Below are positions 35,830 to 45,309 of a DNA stretch of 49,710 bases, one piece after another; positions within the stretch are counted from its first letter, which is position 1; each line of letters starts with the position of its first letter. A model generated the notes under the pieces. It did no database searches and was not told the origin of the DNA. It was given only the letters and a program-made list of their open reading frames with translations. Location: IMG/VR virus record IMGVR_UViG_3300017658_000259, positions 1 to 49,710 of that record. One strand, given 5' to 3'. This DNA is from a virus. Lineage: Duplodnaviria > Caudoviricetes. The translations under genes and the position numbers were made by a program.

Positions 35830-36488
35830 CACGCCGCCAGCCGGTCCTCGCGCTCGGCGCCCGATTGCACGATGCGCATCTGCTCGGCGGCATAGCTGCG
35901 CGCCAGCTTGAAAGCTTCCGGCGGCGGCGCCGACAGCCAGGTATCGAAGTCGGCCGGGTCGGTGATCAGTACCGGCATGCGCTCGTGGTTGATGGAGACG
36001 GTGAGCGCGTTCGGCTCCGTCGTCATGAAGGCGAACACCTCCTGCTCGACTGTGTCGCCGTTCTTCTTCAACGGCCCGCGGTAGCGCGTCCACACGCCGG
36101 GGAAGGCGAACAGCGGACGCTGCTCCGCGCCGTCGAGCGCGAACCAGTGCCACGTCGCCGGCTTCTCGCCCTTCGGCTCGCAGTAGGACGACGCCGGCAC
36201 CAGGCAGCGGCGCTGCTCGAAGGACGCCTTCCAGAACGGGCTCGCGAGAATCTTGTCGTCGCGCACGTTGGTGACGCGCCGCGGCGCCCGCTCCTTCTGC
36301 AGCAGCACGAAACCCCAGTTGAGCATGACGAGCTCGCGCTCGCCGTCGGCCGCCTGGCGCACGACGGGCGCCTGATAGCCGGGAAAGATCGCCGGCAGCG
36401 GATCGAATGCGGCGGCGCGGTTGTGCGACACGCCGAACAGGCGGCGGATGGCTTCGTGGTTTCTGGTGCAGGAATAGAGGTTGCACAT
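35829..36488 (-). CDS. SOS response-associated peptidase (SRAP/HMCES, abasic-site crosslinking)
   Basis: N-terminal MCNLY, RCLVPA, HERMPVL motifs. Confidence 0.95.
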   Translation of the reverse strand: MCNLYSCTRNHEAIRRLFGVSHNRAAAFDPLPAIFPGYQAPVVRQAADGERELVMLNWGFVLLQKERAPRRVTNVRDDKILASPFWKASFEQRRCLVPASSYCEPKGEKPATWHWFALDGAEQRPLFAFPGVWTRYRGPLKKNGDTVEQEVFAFMTTEPNALTVSINHERMPVLITDPADFDTWLSAPPPEAFKLARSYAAEQMRIVQSGAEREDRLAA

Positions 36489-36806
36489 AGACGGCCTTAA
36501 CCTTTCTCCGTAGCCGGACAGCAACTATATCTAGGGTGCTCTCGTTAGATAGAAACCCTCGATTTAGTAACGCGTAAGGACCCGCTGCGATGGCCGCCCG
36601 TGCCTACTGAAAGGGCTTTCTCCGGCTCTCCCTCGTCTCGATATCGGTCGAAGTCTACAGGAGCGCGGCTTCATCCGCCGAATTACGGGCAAGGACCGCG
36701 CGATCGACGTCGTCCGGCCGGTGAGCAGGTTCGCTGCCTTCCGGTTCGACCATCGAAAAAAGCGGCTCTTGCAATGGCGGCCGCGCGAGCGGCTGACCGA
36801 CTAAGC

Positions 36807-37766
36807 TCACCGCCTCGGGTAATTAGGGCGAGCTGCGTAGAGTTGTCGGATCGTATCCCGGTTAAACGAGAGAAGCCCAGCTTTCTTGGCGTAGTAGTCG
36901 ACCACTGACGATACCTCCGTCGAGTCCGCCTTCAGGTTCACGGCGCGAAACCAACCATCGTGCTGGCCAATCGAATACACGACGACATCTCCCGTCTTCG
37001 TCGTCATCAGTCTGATTTTGCGCTCGTGCAGAAGCTCCCTGATGGGGTCGCACGGATGGTCATACTGGTTGTCGTAATTAGACGAACAGATCGCCAGTTG
37101 GGGGGCAATCTTCGACAGGAAGGGCCGGTTCGTAAAGCCGTTGTCAGCGCCATGATGACTTAGGATCATCACGTCCGTCTCGCGCTGCAAAAACGTCTGG
37201 CTGCGCAAGTAGCTAGAAACGTTCGGGCTTTCTACATCGCCAAGGCTGAGGACATTGAAGCTACCGCTCCTGAACAGCTTCACGGTCGAGTTATTGTTGG
37301 AGCAGCATGGATCGATGCTCCTCGGATGGTAGAATACGTTGTTGAAGGCGAGCGCTTCGGCCTCCTTCAGGCCGGTAATGTAGGCTGGTGAGACGTACTG
37401 GACTGTGACCGACCGGTTGCTCGAACGCTGCACCGCTTCATAGCCCGCTATCAGCTCGGCGCACTTCTTTCCGTTGTCGGAAGAAGGAAGATATCCGGGC
37501 GCCTCAATGTTTCGCGGACTCAACAACGCGAGAAGGTTAGTGAGCTCGCCGGCGGCGCAGTGATCCGCGTCCCAGCTGGTGATGTGCAGCGTGTCCGCAA
37601 CCTCAACCTTGCACACCGCCATCTCCGCAATGAGCGTCGGCTTGTTGACCTCTGTTAGTCGCCCTTCGATGACGGTGAAATGACCATCTGCGAAGTACGA
37701 GAACGACGATCCGGCTGTGCCAAGTTGGTAGGCCCGAAATCGCGTGACTTTGGCGGTCATGACCAT
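36807..37766 (-). CDS. ComEC/Rec2-like MBL-fold hydrolase
   Basis: HITSWDADHC, NNNS.V, LGD, SHHG, YDHP motifs; AGGAG RBS. Confidence 0.8.
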   Translation of the reverse strand: MVMTAKVTRFRAYQLGTAGSSFSYFADGHFTVIEGRLTEVNKPTLIAEMAVCKVEVADTLHITSWDADHCAAGELTNLLALLSPRNIEAPGYLPSSDNGKKCAELIAGYEAVQRSSNRSVTVQYVSPAYITGLKEAEALAFNNVFYHPRSIDPCCSNNNSTVKLFRSGSFNVLSLGDVESPNVSSYLRSQTFLQRETDVMILSHHGADNGFTNRPFLSKIAPQLAICSSNYDNQYDHPCDPIRELLHERKIRLMTTKTGDVVVYSIGQHDGWFRAVNLKADSTEVSSVVDYYAKKAGLLSFNRDTIRQLYAARPNYPRR

Positions 37767-37855
37767 GGCAAACTCCTGCGCTAGCGGCAGGGGCTCCGGC
37801 TTTTTGTTCTTAAAATGACCACAACCGTCGAGAAGCTCTAACCCCACGGCATGCA

Positions 37856-38995
37856 ATGCAAATTGGTCTGGCCCTCTCGGGAGGCGGTCTTCGGGCCGCC
37901 GCCTTTCATTCCGGCGTGTTGCGACGCCTCGCTGTGCAGGGGGAGATGGAAAATGTATCGACCATTTCAACGGTTTCCGGTGCCAGCCTGATGCTAGCTG
38001 CGGTCTTCCGGTTCAGTGACCTTCTGTGGCCATCGTCTCAACGGTACCTAGAGGACGTGTATCCGCGGCTCCGAATCCTCCTAGCCACTTTAGACTTGGC
38101 AAGCATCGGGACGCTTAGGTGGCGGGACGTTGCGCGTTCACACGTGCGCCTCTTCAATCACCGCGCAAGCGTTCTCGTCGATCTGCTAGAGACGCGCTGG
38201 CTCATCGAAGGTCGCCTTCCGGACCTGCCAGTGCGGCCCGTGTGGTGGATCAATGCTACGTCTCTGCCCACAGGGAAGAATTGGCGTTTCTCGCGGGGCG
38301 AGATGGGCGATTGGAAGTTCGGTCGACACTATGCTCCGACTGCCAAGATCGCCGAGGCCGTCGCCGCTTCAGCAGCCGTACCGTACGTCATCGGCGCACT
38401 AAAACTTTCGCTTCCGACGAGCGGCTGGTACCGCACGGATCCGGCCACGAAGCAGCCAGTCGAAGCGATTTCGGTGGCGTCCGCCGTTCGCTTGTGGGAC
38501 GGCGGTGCGTATGAGAACCTCGGCCTGGAGCCTCTGTTCAAAGCACCCGGCACGTTGACCGGCTGTGACTTTCTCATCTGCTGTGACGCCTCAACCGCAC
38601 TCGGGCCGCAGCTATCGCCCGTGCAATCGTTGATCAGAGGGGACCTCGGCGCGCCGCGCCTCTTCGACATCGCTGCGGATCAGATCCGCTCGCTGCGAGC
38701 GCGTTCCCTAATCGGCGCCTTAGCGTCCGGCGTCTTAGCAGGGGCATACGTGCGCATGGGAAACAGTGTGGAGGTGATCGACCGCAAAACATCGCGAACG
38801 CGGGAGACCTATGCTCATCTCCTGGGCGAGGCCGAAGTAGAGGCGGCTTCAACAAGTCCGACCCACCTTCGTGCCCTAACCATCCCCGCCTTCGACACGA
38901 TTGCGCGCCACGGCTTTGAAGCAGCTGATGCTACCCTTACTGCACACCGGCCGAGTGAATTTACGAGTAGCTTTCGTTGGCCGAGTGCAGCGTGA
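37856..38995 (+). CDS. Patatin-like phospholipase
   Basis: LALSGGGLRA, nucleophile STVSGAS, ASAAVP, DGGAYEN motifs. Confidence 0.92.
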   Translation: MQIGLALSGGGLRAAAFHSGVLRRLAVQGEMENVSTISTVSGASLMLAAVFRFSDLLWPSSQRYLEDVYPRLRILLATLDLASIGTLRWRDVARSHVRLFNHRASVLVDLLETRWLIEGRLPDLPVRPVWWINATSLPTGKNWRFSRGEMGDWKFGRHYAPTAKIAEAVAASAAVPYVIGALKLSLPTSGWYRTDPATKQPVEAISVASAVRLWDGGAYENLGLEPLFKAPGTLTGCDFLICCDASTALGPQLSPVQSLIRGDLGAPRLFDIAADQIRSLRARSLIGALASGVLAGAYVRMGNSVEVIDRKTSRTRETYAHLLGEAEVEAASTSPTHLRALTIPAFDTIARHGFEAADATLTAHRPSEFTSSFRWPSAA

Positions 38996-39066
38996 TTGCC
39001 AACACAGAAGGGCCGGAGGAGGGCTAAGTGGCGCGGCCGAGTAGGCCTTCCCGGCCGCGCTCGTTT

Positions 39067-39291
39067 TTAGTCCGGCGTCTTGCGGTGCGGCCACGCCTCC
39101 ATGGCGTCGGCCAGCTCGAGCGCCTCCCGCACCTTCTCGGCCGGGGCGCCCTTGGCCTCGGCCTGGGCCGCCCAGTCGCGGACGACCTCGGGCGCGCTCT
39201 CGTCCTGCGCCCGCAGCACGAACAGCGGCTCGTCCTCGGCCGCCTTGTTGAGGCAGCTATTCGCATTGGCAATCTCGTCACGCTTCAGCAT
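39067..39291 (-). CDS. Phage hypothetical protein
   Basis: DEPLFVLRAQD motif; AAGGAGG RBS. Confidence 0.75.
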   Translation of the reverse strand: MLKRDEIANANSCLNKAAEDEPLFVLRAQDESAPEVVRDWAAQAEAKGAPAEKVREALELADAMEAWPHRKTPD

Positions 39292-39348
39292 CTATCAGTC
39301 CTCCTTGGATTGAACGCCTGCACAGATTGTCGGCGAGCCGGCGGCGCA

Positions 39349-41904
39349 TCAGGCCGCTGCGACCTCCTCCCCGGCATCGAATAGCGTCGGCATTAGGCGC
39401 TCTCGCTCGGCGGCCTCGCAGTAGTAGGCGCCGTCGACGAACGACTTGTGGTTCAGCTCCGAGGCTTGCCCGCGCCGCCCCTTGAGCACCGCCCGGTAGG
39501 GCACCGTCATCAGCCCGCCGAACGGGTCGTAGACGAGCTCGTCCGGGTTCGAATACCGCTCGATCAGGCGATCGACGATGTCGAACTGCAGCGGGCAGAT
39601 GTGGAACTCGAGGTTGCGATGCGCCTGGTTGCCGTTGAGCGTGCGCATGCGGTCGACGTCGTGCCACACGTCGGGATGATGCGAGCCCGGCGCGAGCGAC
39701 ATGAACGTCGCCGGCAGCGCGCCCTTGGCCTCCAGCTCCTCGCCGATGCGGACGTGGAAGTCGTAATCGTAGACGCCGGCGAGGCTAAAGGACGTGAAGG
39801 CCTTCGCCAGCTTGTCGGGCCCGAGCGCGGCGAGCTCCTCGGCCGTCAGCAGTCGGTTGCCGCTTGAGCGCCAGAAGGCATGCGCGTCAACCTGCCAGCG
39901 GGCGCGGGTATAATCGGCCTTGTCCTTGGCCACCGGTACATCGGCATAGCTCTTCGAGCGGTCCGTCTGCGGCTTGTGCATGAGCACGATGTACTCGGGG
40001 CAACCGACGCCCATCTTCGTTCCGTCCTTGCATTGCTCCGACCAGCCGAGCCGATAGGTCTGGTTGTTCTCCCGCACGACGTCGGTGATGACCGTGATCA
40101 TCCCGAAGTAGTCAAAGCCGTGGCGGCGGAAGTGCTCGATTGTCTCGCAGTGGAAGGGGCTGACCGTCGGCACACCGGCGCCGGTCACGTTGCCGAAGAG
40201 AATGCGATCCTTGACGTGGATGGCGGCGATCCGGCCGGGCTTCAGGATCCGGAGGAGCTCCGGCGTCAGGAAGTCCATCTGCTCCCAGAAGTGCCCGTTG
40301 TCGTCGGTGTGCCCGAAGTCCTCGTATTTGTCGGTGTACTCGTAGTGGTTGGAGAACGGCACGGACGTCACGACGAGGTCGACGCTGTTCGCCGGCTGCA
40401 ACTGCGCTTCGAGCACACAGTCGTTGCAGGCGATCTTGTAGCGCTCGCCCGCAACCTCGATGCGGTCGACGCCGATGGAGCGCTTCAGCACCTCGGCCAT
40501 CTCGATCTGGTCGAGGCCGTACTTGCGGATAATTTCCCCCATGGTCGCCATCATCTCCTCGTGTCGCGCCCACTTGGCCTTGAGCACGCGCAGGACCTCG
40601 CGCTCGGCCTCGGTATGGATCAGGTGGATTCTGCAGGCTCGCTTCTGCAGGAAGCGATAGATGCGGTGCACCGCCTGGATGAAGTCGTTGAACTTGAAGC
40701 CGATGCCGAGGAACACCGCCTCGGCGCAATGGTGCTGGAAGTTGCAGCCTGAGCCGGACAGCTCCGGCTTGGTGGCGAGGTATTTGATCTCGCCGTCCGA
40801 GAAGGCGATGACGTTTGCTTCGCGCGTCTCGAGGTCCTGGCTGCCGTACACGCTGACGACGTTCGGCACGGCACGCTCGATGGCGCGGCGCTCGTCCTCT
40901 AGGTCATGCCAGAGCAGCATGTTCTCGTCGGGCGCGGCGGCGATGATGTCCAGCAGTTTGGCGATGCGCCGGTCGAGGCTCTCTCGCTTCTCGGCGGCGG
41001 CCTGGGTGACGCCGAGCGCCGCGTCCTTAAACAGCAGGGCTTGGCCGTCGCGGTCGACGCCGGCGCCGGCGTGATCGGTCGGCACCTCGTGATAGACGAC
41101 CTCGAGCGGAGGAAGGTCATAGCCCTCGTCGGAGAAGCCAAGGTCGGAAGGCTTCTGCACGAACAGCGCCCAGCTGTGCATCCACAGCCAGAACTCGGTC
41201 TCCTTGTGCGGGTAGAGTGTCAGGTTGCCGGCCGACGTCGAGTCACGCTGGAAGAAGCGCGTCAAAGCGAGGCCCGTATCCATGACGCCGAGGAAGCCGG
41301 CGTAGTGGATCAACTCCTTGTAACGGTTCGGCGACGGCGTTGCCGTGGCGACGAAGCGGAAGCGCACCTTGTCGAAGAGGCGCAAGAACTCGTGATACGT
41401 CTTAGTGCCATAGCTGCGCAGCACAGACGCCTCGTCGAGGCTGGCGGCCATGAACAGGTTGGGGTCGAGCTTACCGTCGCGCACCGTCTCGTAGTTCGTC
41501 AGGTGGATGCCGCCAGGCTCGATCTCCTCTGCGGAGCGGACGAACTTGACGGTGACGCCGAGCTTGGCGGCGTCGCGCGTGAACTCCTGCCGCACGCCGA
41601 GCGGCAGAACGATCAGCGCCTCGCCGCCGCAATGCTTCACGAGCAGGCGCAGGATCTCGATCTGTATGCCGGTCTTGCCGAGCCCGAAGGCGGCGAAGAT
41701 GGCCCGCCTGCCGCCGCGCAGCGCCCAGCGCACGATGGCCCGGGCGTGCGGTTTCAGCCAGGTGGAGATCTCCGCCTCGTCGACGTCGATGCCGTCGAAG
41801 GTGGCGAGCTTGATCTTGCTTTCGAGGAAGGCGCGATAGTCGGCCTGACGGCGCTTGTCGGACCTGGCGGTGCGCTTGGTGGACGGGATGTGGCGGCTGC
41901 TCAT
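39349..41904 (-). CDS. SNF2-like helicase / N4-N6 DNA methyltransferase fusion
   Basis: GLGKT, LDEAS, TATP helicase motifs; TSVPF, HICPLQ, YDPFGG MTase motifs. Confidence 0.9.
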   Translation of the reverse strand: MSSRHIPSTKRTARSDKRRQADYRAFLESKIKLATFDGIDVDEAEISTWLKPHARAIVRWALRGGRRAIFAAFGLGKTGIQIEILRLLVKHCGGEALIVLPLGVRQEFTRDAAKLGVTVKFVRSAEEIEPGGIHLTNYETVRDGKLDPNLFMAASLDEASVLRSYGTKTYHEFLRLFDKVRFRFVATATPSPNRYKELIHYAGFLGVMDTGLALTRFFQRDSTSAGNLTLYPHKETEFWLWMHSWALFVQKPSDLGFSDEGYDLPPLEVVYHEVPTDHAGAGVDRDGQALLFKDAALGVTQAAAEKRESLDRRIAKLLDIIAAAPDENMLLWHDLEDERRAIERAVPNVVSVYGSQDLETREANVIAFSDGEIKYLATKPELSGSGCNFQHHCAEAVFLGIGFKFNDFIQAVHRIYRFLQKRACRIHLIHTEAEREVLRVLKAKWARHEEMMATMGEIIRKYGLDQIEMAEVLKRSIGVDRIEVAGERYKIACNDCVLEAQLQPANSVDLVVTSVPFSNHYEYTDKYEDFGHTDDNGHFWEQMDFLTPELLRILKPGRIAAIHVKDRILFGNVTGAGVPTVSPFHCETIEHFRRHGFDYFGMITVITDVVRENNQTYRLGWSEQCKDGTKMGVGCPEYIVLMHKPQTDRSKSYADVPVAKDKADYTRARWQVDAHAFWRSSGNRLLTAEELAALGPDKLAKAFTSFSLAGVYDYDFHVRIGEELEAKGALPATFMSLAPGSHHPDVWHDVDRMRTLNGNQAHRNLEFHICPLQFDIVDRLIERYSNPDELVYDPFGGLMTVPYRAVLKGRRGQASELNHKSFVDGAYYCEAAERERLMPTLFDAGEEVAAA

Positions 41905-42137
41905 GCCGGCACCGGCTCTTTTTTGTGGCCCGCGACTGCCCTGCTGGCAGCCGGCCGCGGGCCGTTTTTATGCGCGCTCCGGCCGGCTCCGCGCGGCGGA
42001 GCCGGAGCGCGCTCCAAGACCGGCGCCACCATGATCGGCAGGCCGAGCCGCTCCGCCACCTTGCGGGCAACGAAATGCCCCGGTTTCACCTCCACCATCC
42101 CCTCGCCATCGTCGCTGCGTATGTAGCTTCGCGTCAT
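41901..42137 (-). CDS. Hypothetical protein
   Basis: Overlaps the next start; GAGG RBS. Confidence 0.55.
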   Translation of the reverse strand: MTRSYIRSDDGEGMVEVKPGHFVARKVAERLGLPIMVAPVLERAPAPPRGAGRSAHKNGPRPAASRAVAGHKKEPVPA

Positions 42138-42149
42138 CGCACCCCCACC

Positions 42150-42335
42150 TCAGTTGACCGCCCTGCGGTTGTCGAAATCGTTCGCCGGGCCGAATGCTGC
42201 ATCCCAGCGCAGGTTCACGAGATACCCAGCGCGCAGCTCACCGCGCGCGATCTCCAACGCGTCGTCCTCATCGCGCACGAAGCGCGCGACGTGGTCTTGA
42301 CTGTCCCTGCCGCCCCAGACGTCGACGATGATCAC
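42150..42335 (-). CDS. Hypothetical protein
   Basis: Coupled small ORF in the early operon. Confidence 0.55.
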   Translation of the reverse strand: MIIVDVWGGRDSQDHVARFVRDEDDALEIARGELRAGYLVNLRWDAAFGPANDFDNRRAVN

Positions 42336-42823
42336 AAAAACCCCCGCATCAGATCGCGACGCACCTCGGCGTCGATGCGCTGCTGCGCCTGCTCGGCATC
42401 AAAGACGGTGATGCCGGCGCGCCGGCCGGCGGCGCGGATCTCCGCCTCGATGTCCTCGGCCGCCAGGCGCACCCAGTTCGAGCGGCCCGCAATGCCCAGC
42501 TCCGCGAAGCGCGGCCGGAACGCCTCCTCGAGGCGGCCGCGATAGCGCTCGCCCTCGGTCCACAGCGACACCCGGCATCCGCGCTCGCGCGGCGAATGCA
42601 CCCGCGCCTCGTCGAGACGCTTGCGCACCGACAGCCAGGTGACGGCGAGGATCTCGTATTCGCCCGCCAGCGGCCCATCGACGTCGCCGACGGCGATGAA
42701 GCCGCTGAGGCCCAGCCGCTCGATGGCGCGCCGCTCAGGCGGGGTGAGACGCGACACCACGCACCCGCCGATCGTTTGCGGCGCTCTCTTCGGTGCTGAC
42801 AGACGTGGCGCTGTCTCAAGCAT
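42332..42823 (-). CDS. Hypothetical protein
   Basis: Starts MLETAPR after GGAG. Confidence 0.6.
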   Translation of the reverse strand: MLETAPRLSAPKRAPQTIGGCVVSRLTPPERRAIERLGLSGFIAVGDVDGPLAGEYEILAVTWLSVRKRLDEARVHSPRERGCRVSLWTEGERYRGRLEEAFRPRFAELGIAGRSNWVRLAAEDIEAEIRAAGRRAGITVFDAEQAQQRIDAEVRRDLMRGFL

Positions 42824-42855
42824 GTGTCCGGTCTCCGTGCTGCTGCACACCGGCG

Positions 42856-43746
42856 CTAGCGCCGGGCGCCCTTGGCGCCTGAGCGGCCTGCGGCCGCTGC
42901 AGTGGGGCGTGGGCAGCTTGTCTGCGGCAGCGAGGGCGCAAGGCGCCCCGCGGCGTTGCCGCGGCCGTCCACTCGCGCGCGGCCGGACCCCGACAAAGCT
43001 TCTCGCCGCTCGTGTCGCTCGGAAGTGCGCCAGCACTCGGTGATGGCCGTGCGATAGATCGTGCGAGTGCGGTTCTCATTGCGGCCGATCTCCGTTGCGA
43101 TGGTGCGAAAGGAAGCCCCGCGCGCGCGCATCCACAGCGCCAGCCACGCGCGCCAGTCGAGGTCGACGCCGCTGATGGCGCCCATGGTCGCGAGCCAGAT
43201 GTCGACCTGCGCCCGCGTCGGACGAAACGGGGTGGCGATACCGGTGGGATAGTCGCCCGGCGCGCGCGTCGTCGCCGGCCACAGGCTGCGCACCCGCAGC
43301 AGGCTGCGCTCCCGGTCGGGCAGCGCATCGTCCACGCGGATGGCGAGCAGCAGCCGCGCCTCGAAGGCTGCCAGCGCCGCACCGATGTCGAACGGAGATT
43401 CGAGCGTCGGCGGCGGCAGACCGGTCGGCACGTGCGCCACCGGCTGCCGGATGTACGCCGTCGGTTGCCCGATCGGCGCGGGGGACGGGCCCGCGTCCGG
43501 GGGCCGGCTCCGCGCAGCGGAGTCGCCGGGCGCCAACCGAAAGCTCGTCGGCGCATCGCGCGCCGGGATGCGCTGCACCCGCTTCGGGTTCGACGTATCG
43601 TAATAGGTGCGCACGCGCCGCCCGCGCGCCGTCGTCTCCCAGCGCCAGTAGCCCGGCACCTCCCATCCGCGCCCGATGAGCGTCGCCCGTGCCCCCTCGG
43701 CCAAGGCGAGGATGTCCCGCTCCTTGGCCTGCCCCTTGTCCGCCAC
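42856..43746 (-). CDS. Putative transcription regulator (C-terminal HTH, possible late activator)
   Basis: LWMRARGASFRTIATEIG sigma4-like HTH. Confidence 0.6.
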   Translation of the reverse strand: MADKGQAKERDILALAEGARATLIGRGWEVPGYWRWETTARGRRVRTYYDTSNPKRVQRIPARDAPTSFRLAPGDSAARSRPPDAGPSPAPIGQPTAYIRQPVAHVPTGLPPPTLESPFDIGAALAAFEARLLLAIRVDDALPDRERSLLRVRSLWPATTRAPGDYPTGIATPFRPTRAQVDIWLATMGAISGVDLDWRAWLALWMRARGASFRTIATEIGRNENRTRTIYRTAITECWRTSERHERREALSGSGRARVDGRGNAAGRLAPSLPQTSCPRPTAAAAGRSGAKGARR

Positions 43747-43776
43747 CTGCGCCCCCGCTGGTCATGGTGCTTCGTC

Positions 43777-44136
43777 TCAGTTGAGATCGGCGCGCCGGCG
43801 CGGCGCCCGCTCGCCGTCGTCATCGTCCGGCGCCGGAAGTTCTTCCGCCTCCTTGCGCGCAGCCTCCTGCGCGGCGTCGAGCGTCACCGGCAGGCCGACG
43901 GCTTTGCGGTAGGTGTCGAGCACGAGTTCCAGCTCGAGCTGGCCGGCCTGATAGTCGGCGCCCTTGCGCAGCTCCTTGACGACCTGGTTGAGCGCCTTCA
44001 AATCGTACCCGTCCGACTTGGCCTCGGTGCGGATCTGCTTGGCGTCCTCCTGCAGTTCGGCGATCTGGTCGAGGATGCTGCTCAACGCCTCAGCGCGACG
44101 CTTCAGCTCGGCATCCGCTTGGTTGTGGCCTTCCAT
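43777..44136 (-). CDS. gapR: GapR/DUF2312-like nucleoid-associated protein
   Basis: EAKSDGYDLKAL..VVK.RK...LDTYRKAVG signature. Confidence 0.85.
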   Translation of the reverse strand: MEGHNQADAELKRRAEALSSILDQIAELQEDAKQIRTEAKSDGYDLKALNQVVKELRKGADYQAGQLELELVLDTYRKAVGLPVTLDAAQEAARKEAEELPAPDDDDGERAPRRRADLN

Positions 44137-44137
44137 T

Positions 44138-44827
44138 TCAGCCCCCTTGTTTGCTGGCGACCGGCGGCCGGCTCCGCGCAGCGGAGTCGCCGGTCGCAGA
44201 TAAAGACGCATCGAACTTGCCCGTCTCGTTGCCCCAGGCTTCCCAGCCGGGGCGGCTCTCGCGTGAAAAGAGGTCGGCGCGGCGCCGCGCTGTCGGCATA
44301 AGGCGACCAGCTTCCTCGTACGCTTCGTCAGGCTTGCGCGAATGCTCGCGGCGCATGCCCTCGACCACAGAGCGCACGCAGCGGCTCGTCTCCGGCTCGC
44401 CGATGGCGCCGATGAGGAACGGCTCGTGCGCGCTGCGCAGCACGTAGCCGGTGCCGAAGTCGGTCTTGCCGGTGACGGTCTTCTTCACCCACACGCCGGA
44501 GGTGACGAAGCGGAAGCCCCAGCGCTTCAGGATCGCGATCTGCTGGTCGAGCATCGGCGCCGTCGCCCACAGCCACATGAGGCAGTTGCCGCGCGCCAGG
44601 TCCGCCACCGGCAGGGCGGCGATGTCGTCGAGCGTCATGGTGGCGTAGTGCGCCTGCGCGCTCTTGCCTTCGCCCTTCGCCGAGTAGAGCTCGAAGCGCC
44701 ACGGCGGGTCGGCCATGATGAAATCGTAGGCCTGCGGCTGCAGCGGCGCGAACGGCCAGGCGCGGATCGGCGCCGGGTCGAACAGGCCCGGCTGCAGGAA
44801 CGAGGCGGCGGGCGTCATCGCGTTCAT
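44138..44827 (-). CDS. MT-A70 family adenine methyltransferase
   Basis: ADPPW, LWAT, HE, REHSRKP, LFSRE..GW..WGNE motifs. Confidence 0.95.
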   Translation of the reverse strand: MNAMTPAASFLQPGLFDPAPIRAWPFAPLQPQAYDFIMADPPWRFELYSAKGEGKSAQAHYATMTLDDIAALPVADLARGNCLMWLWATAPMLDQQIAILKRWGFRFVTSGVWVKKTVTGKTDFGTGYVLRSAHEPFLIGAIGEPETSRCVRSVVEGMRREHSRKPDEAYEEAGRLMPTARRRADLFSRESRPGWEAWGNETGKFDASLSATGDSAARSRPPVASKQGG

Positions 44828-45309
44828 GCTCCGCTCCCCGCGTCGTGATCCCAGAGGCCGACGGTTCCCGGCAGCCGCGGCGGCGCATCGCAGGCGAGCC
44901 GCCGCGCGCTGCGCGCGGCGTCGAGCCAGCGGGTGACGATTACGCGCGCGGCGTCGAACAGCGCCCGGTGCTCGCGCGACATGCGGAAGCTGTCGGCCAG
45001 CTTCAGCGTGGTGAGCACGGCGGCCACCTCGAGCGGATCGGCGCCGGGCGGCCGGCTCCCCGCAGGGGAGTCGCCGGGCGCCGACGAAGTGACCGGCGCG
45101 GCGAGAACGGGAATAGCGGGCTGCAGGGCGAGGAACAGCGCCGGCGCCTCGGTCTCGATACGCCGCAGCAGCAGGGCGAGAACGTCGTTGCGGCGGGCGC
45201 TGTCGATCATGTCGACCAGCTGCCGCGTCATGACGTCGAGCAGGCCGTTGCGCGGATCCTCGCGCTCCTCCGGCTCGCTGAACGCGCGCTGGTGCAGGGC
45301 GCTGCTCAT
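44824..45309 (-). CDS. Hypothetical protein
   Basis: ATGA overlaps at both ends. Confidence 0.6.
   Translation of the reverse strand: MSSALHQRAFSEPEEREDPRNGLLDVMTRQLVDMIDSARRNDVLALLLRRIETEAPALFLALQPAIPVLAAPVTSSAPGDSPAGSRPPGADPLEVAAVLTTLKLADSFRMSREHRALFDAARVIVTRWLDAARSARRLACDAPPRLPGTVGLWDHDAGSGA

Larger units (their letters stand above)
17070..45084 (+). repeat. Dispersed bulged-hairpin family A (9 copies)
   Basis: Copies at 17070, 20505, 23969, 32168, 32471, 41972, 43493, 44157, 45038; core GCCG-GCTCC(C/G)C-GCA-G(G/C)GGAG(T/C). Confidence 0.85.

Noticed and set aside
36807-38995. Patatin locus as CBASS
   Set aside because: No CD-NTase, Cap2 or Cap3 nearby
17070-45084. Repeat family A as a CRISPR array or terminators
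   Set aside because: Dispersed with no regular spacers, no cas genes and no U tracts
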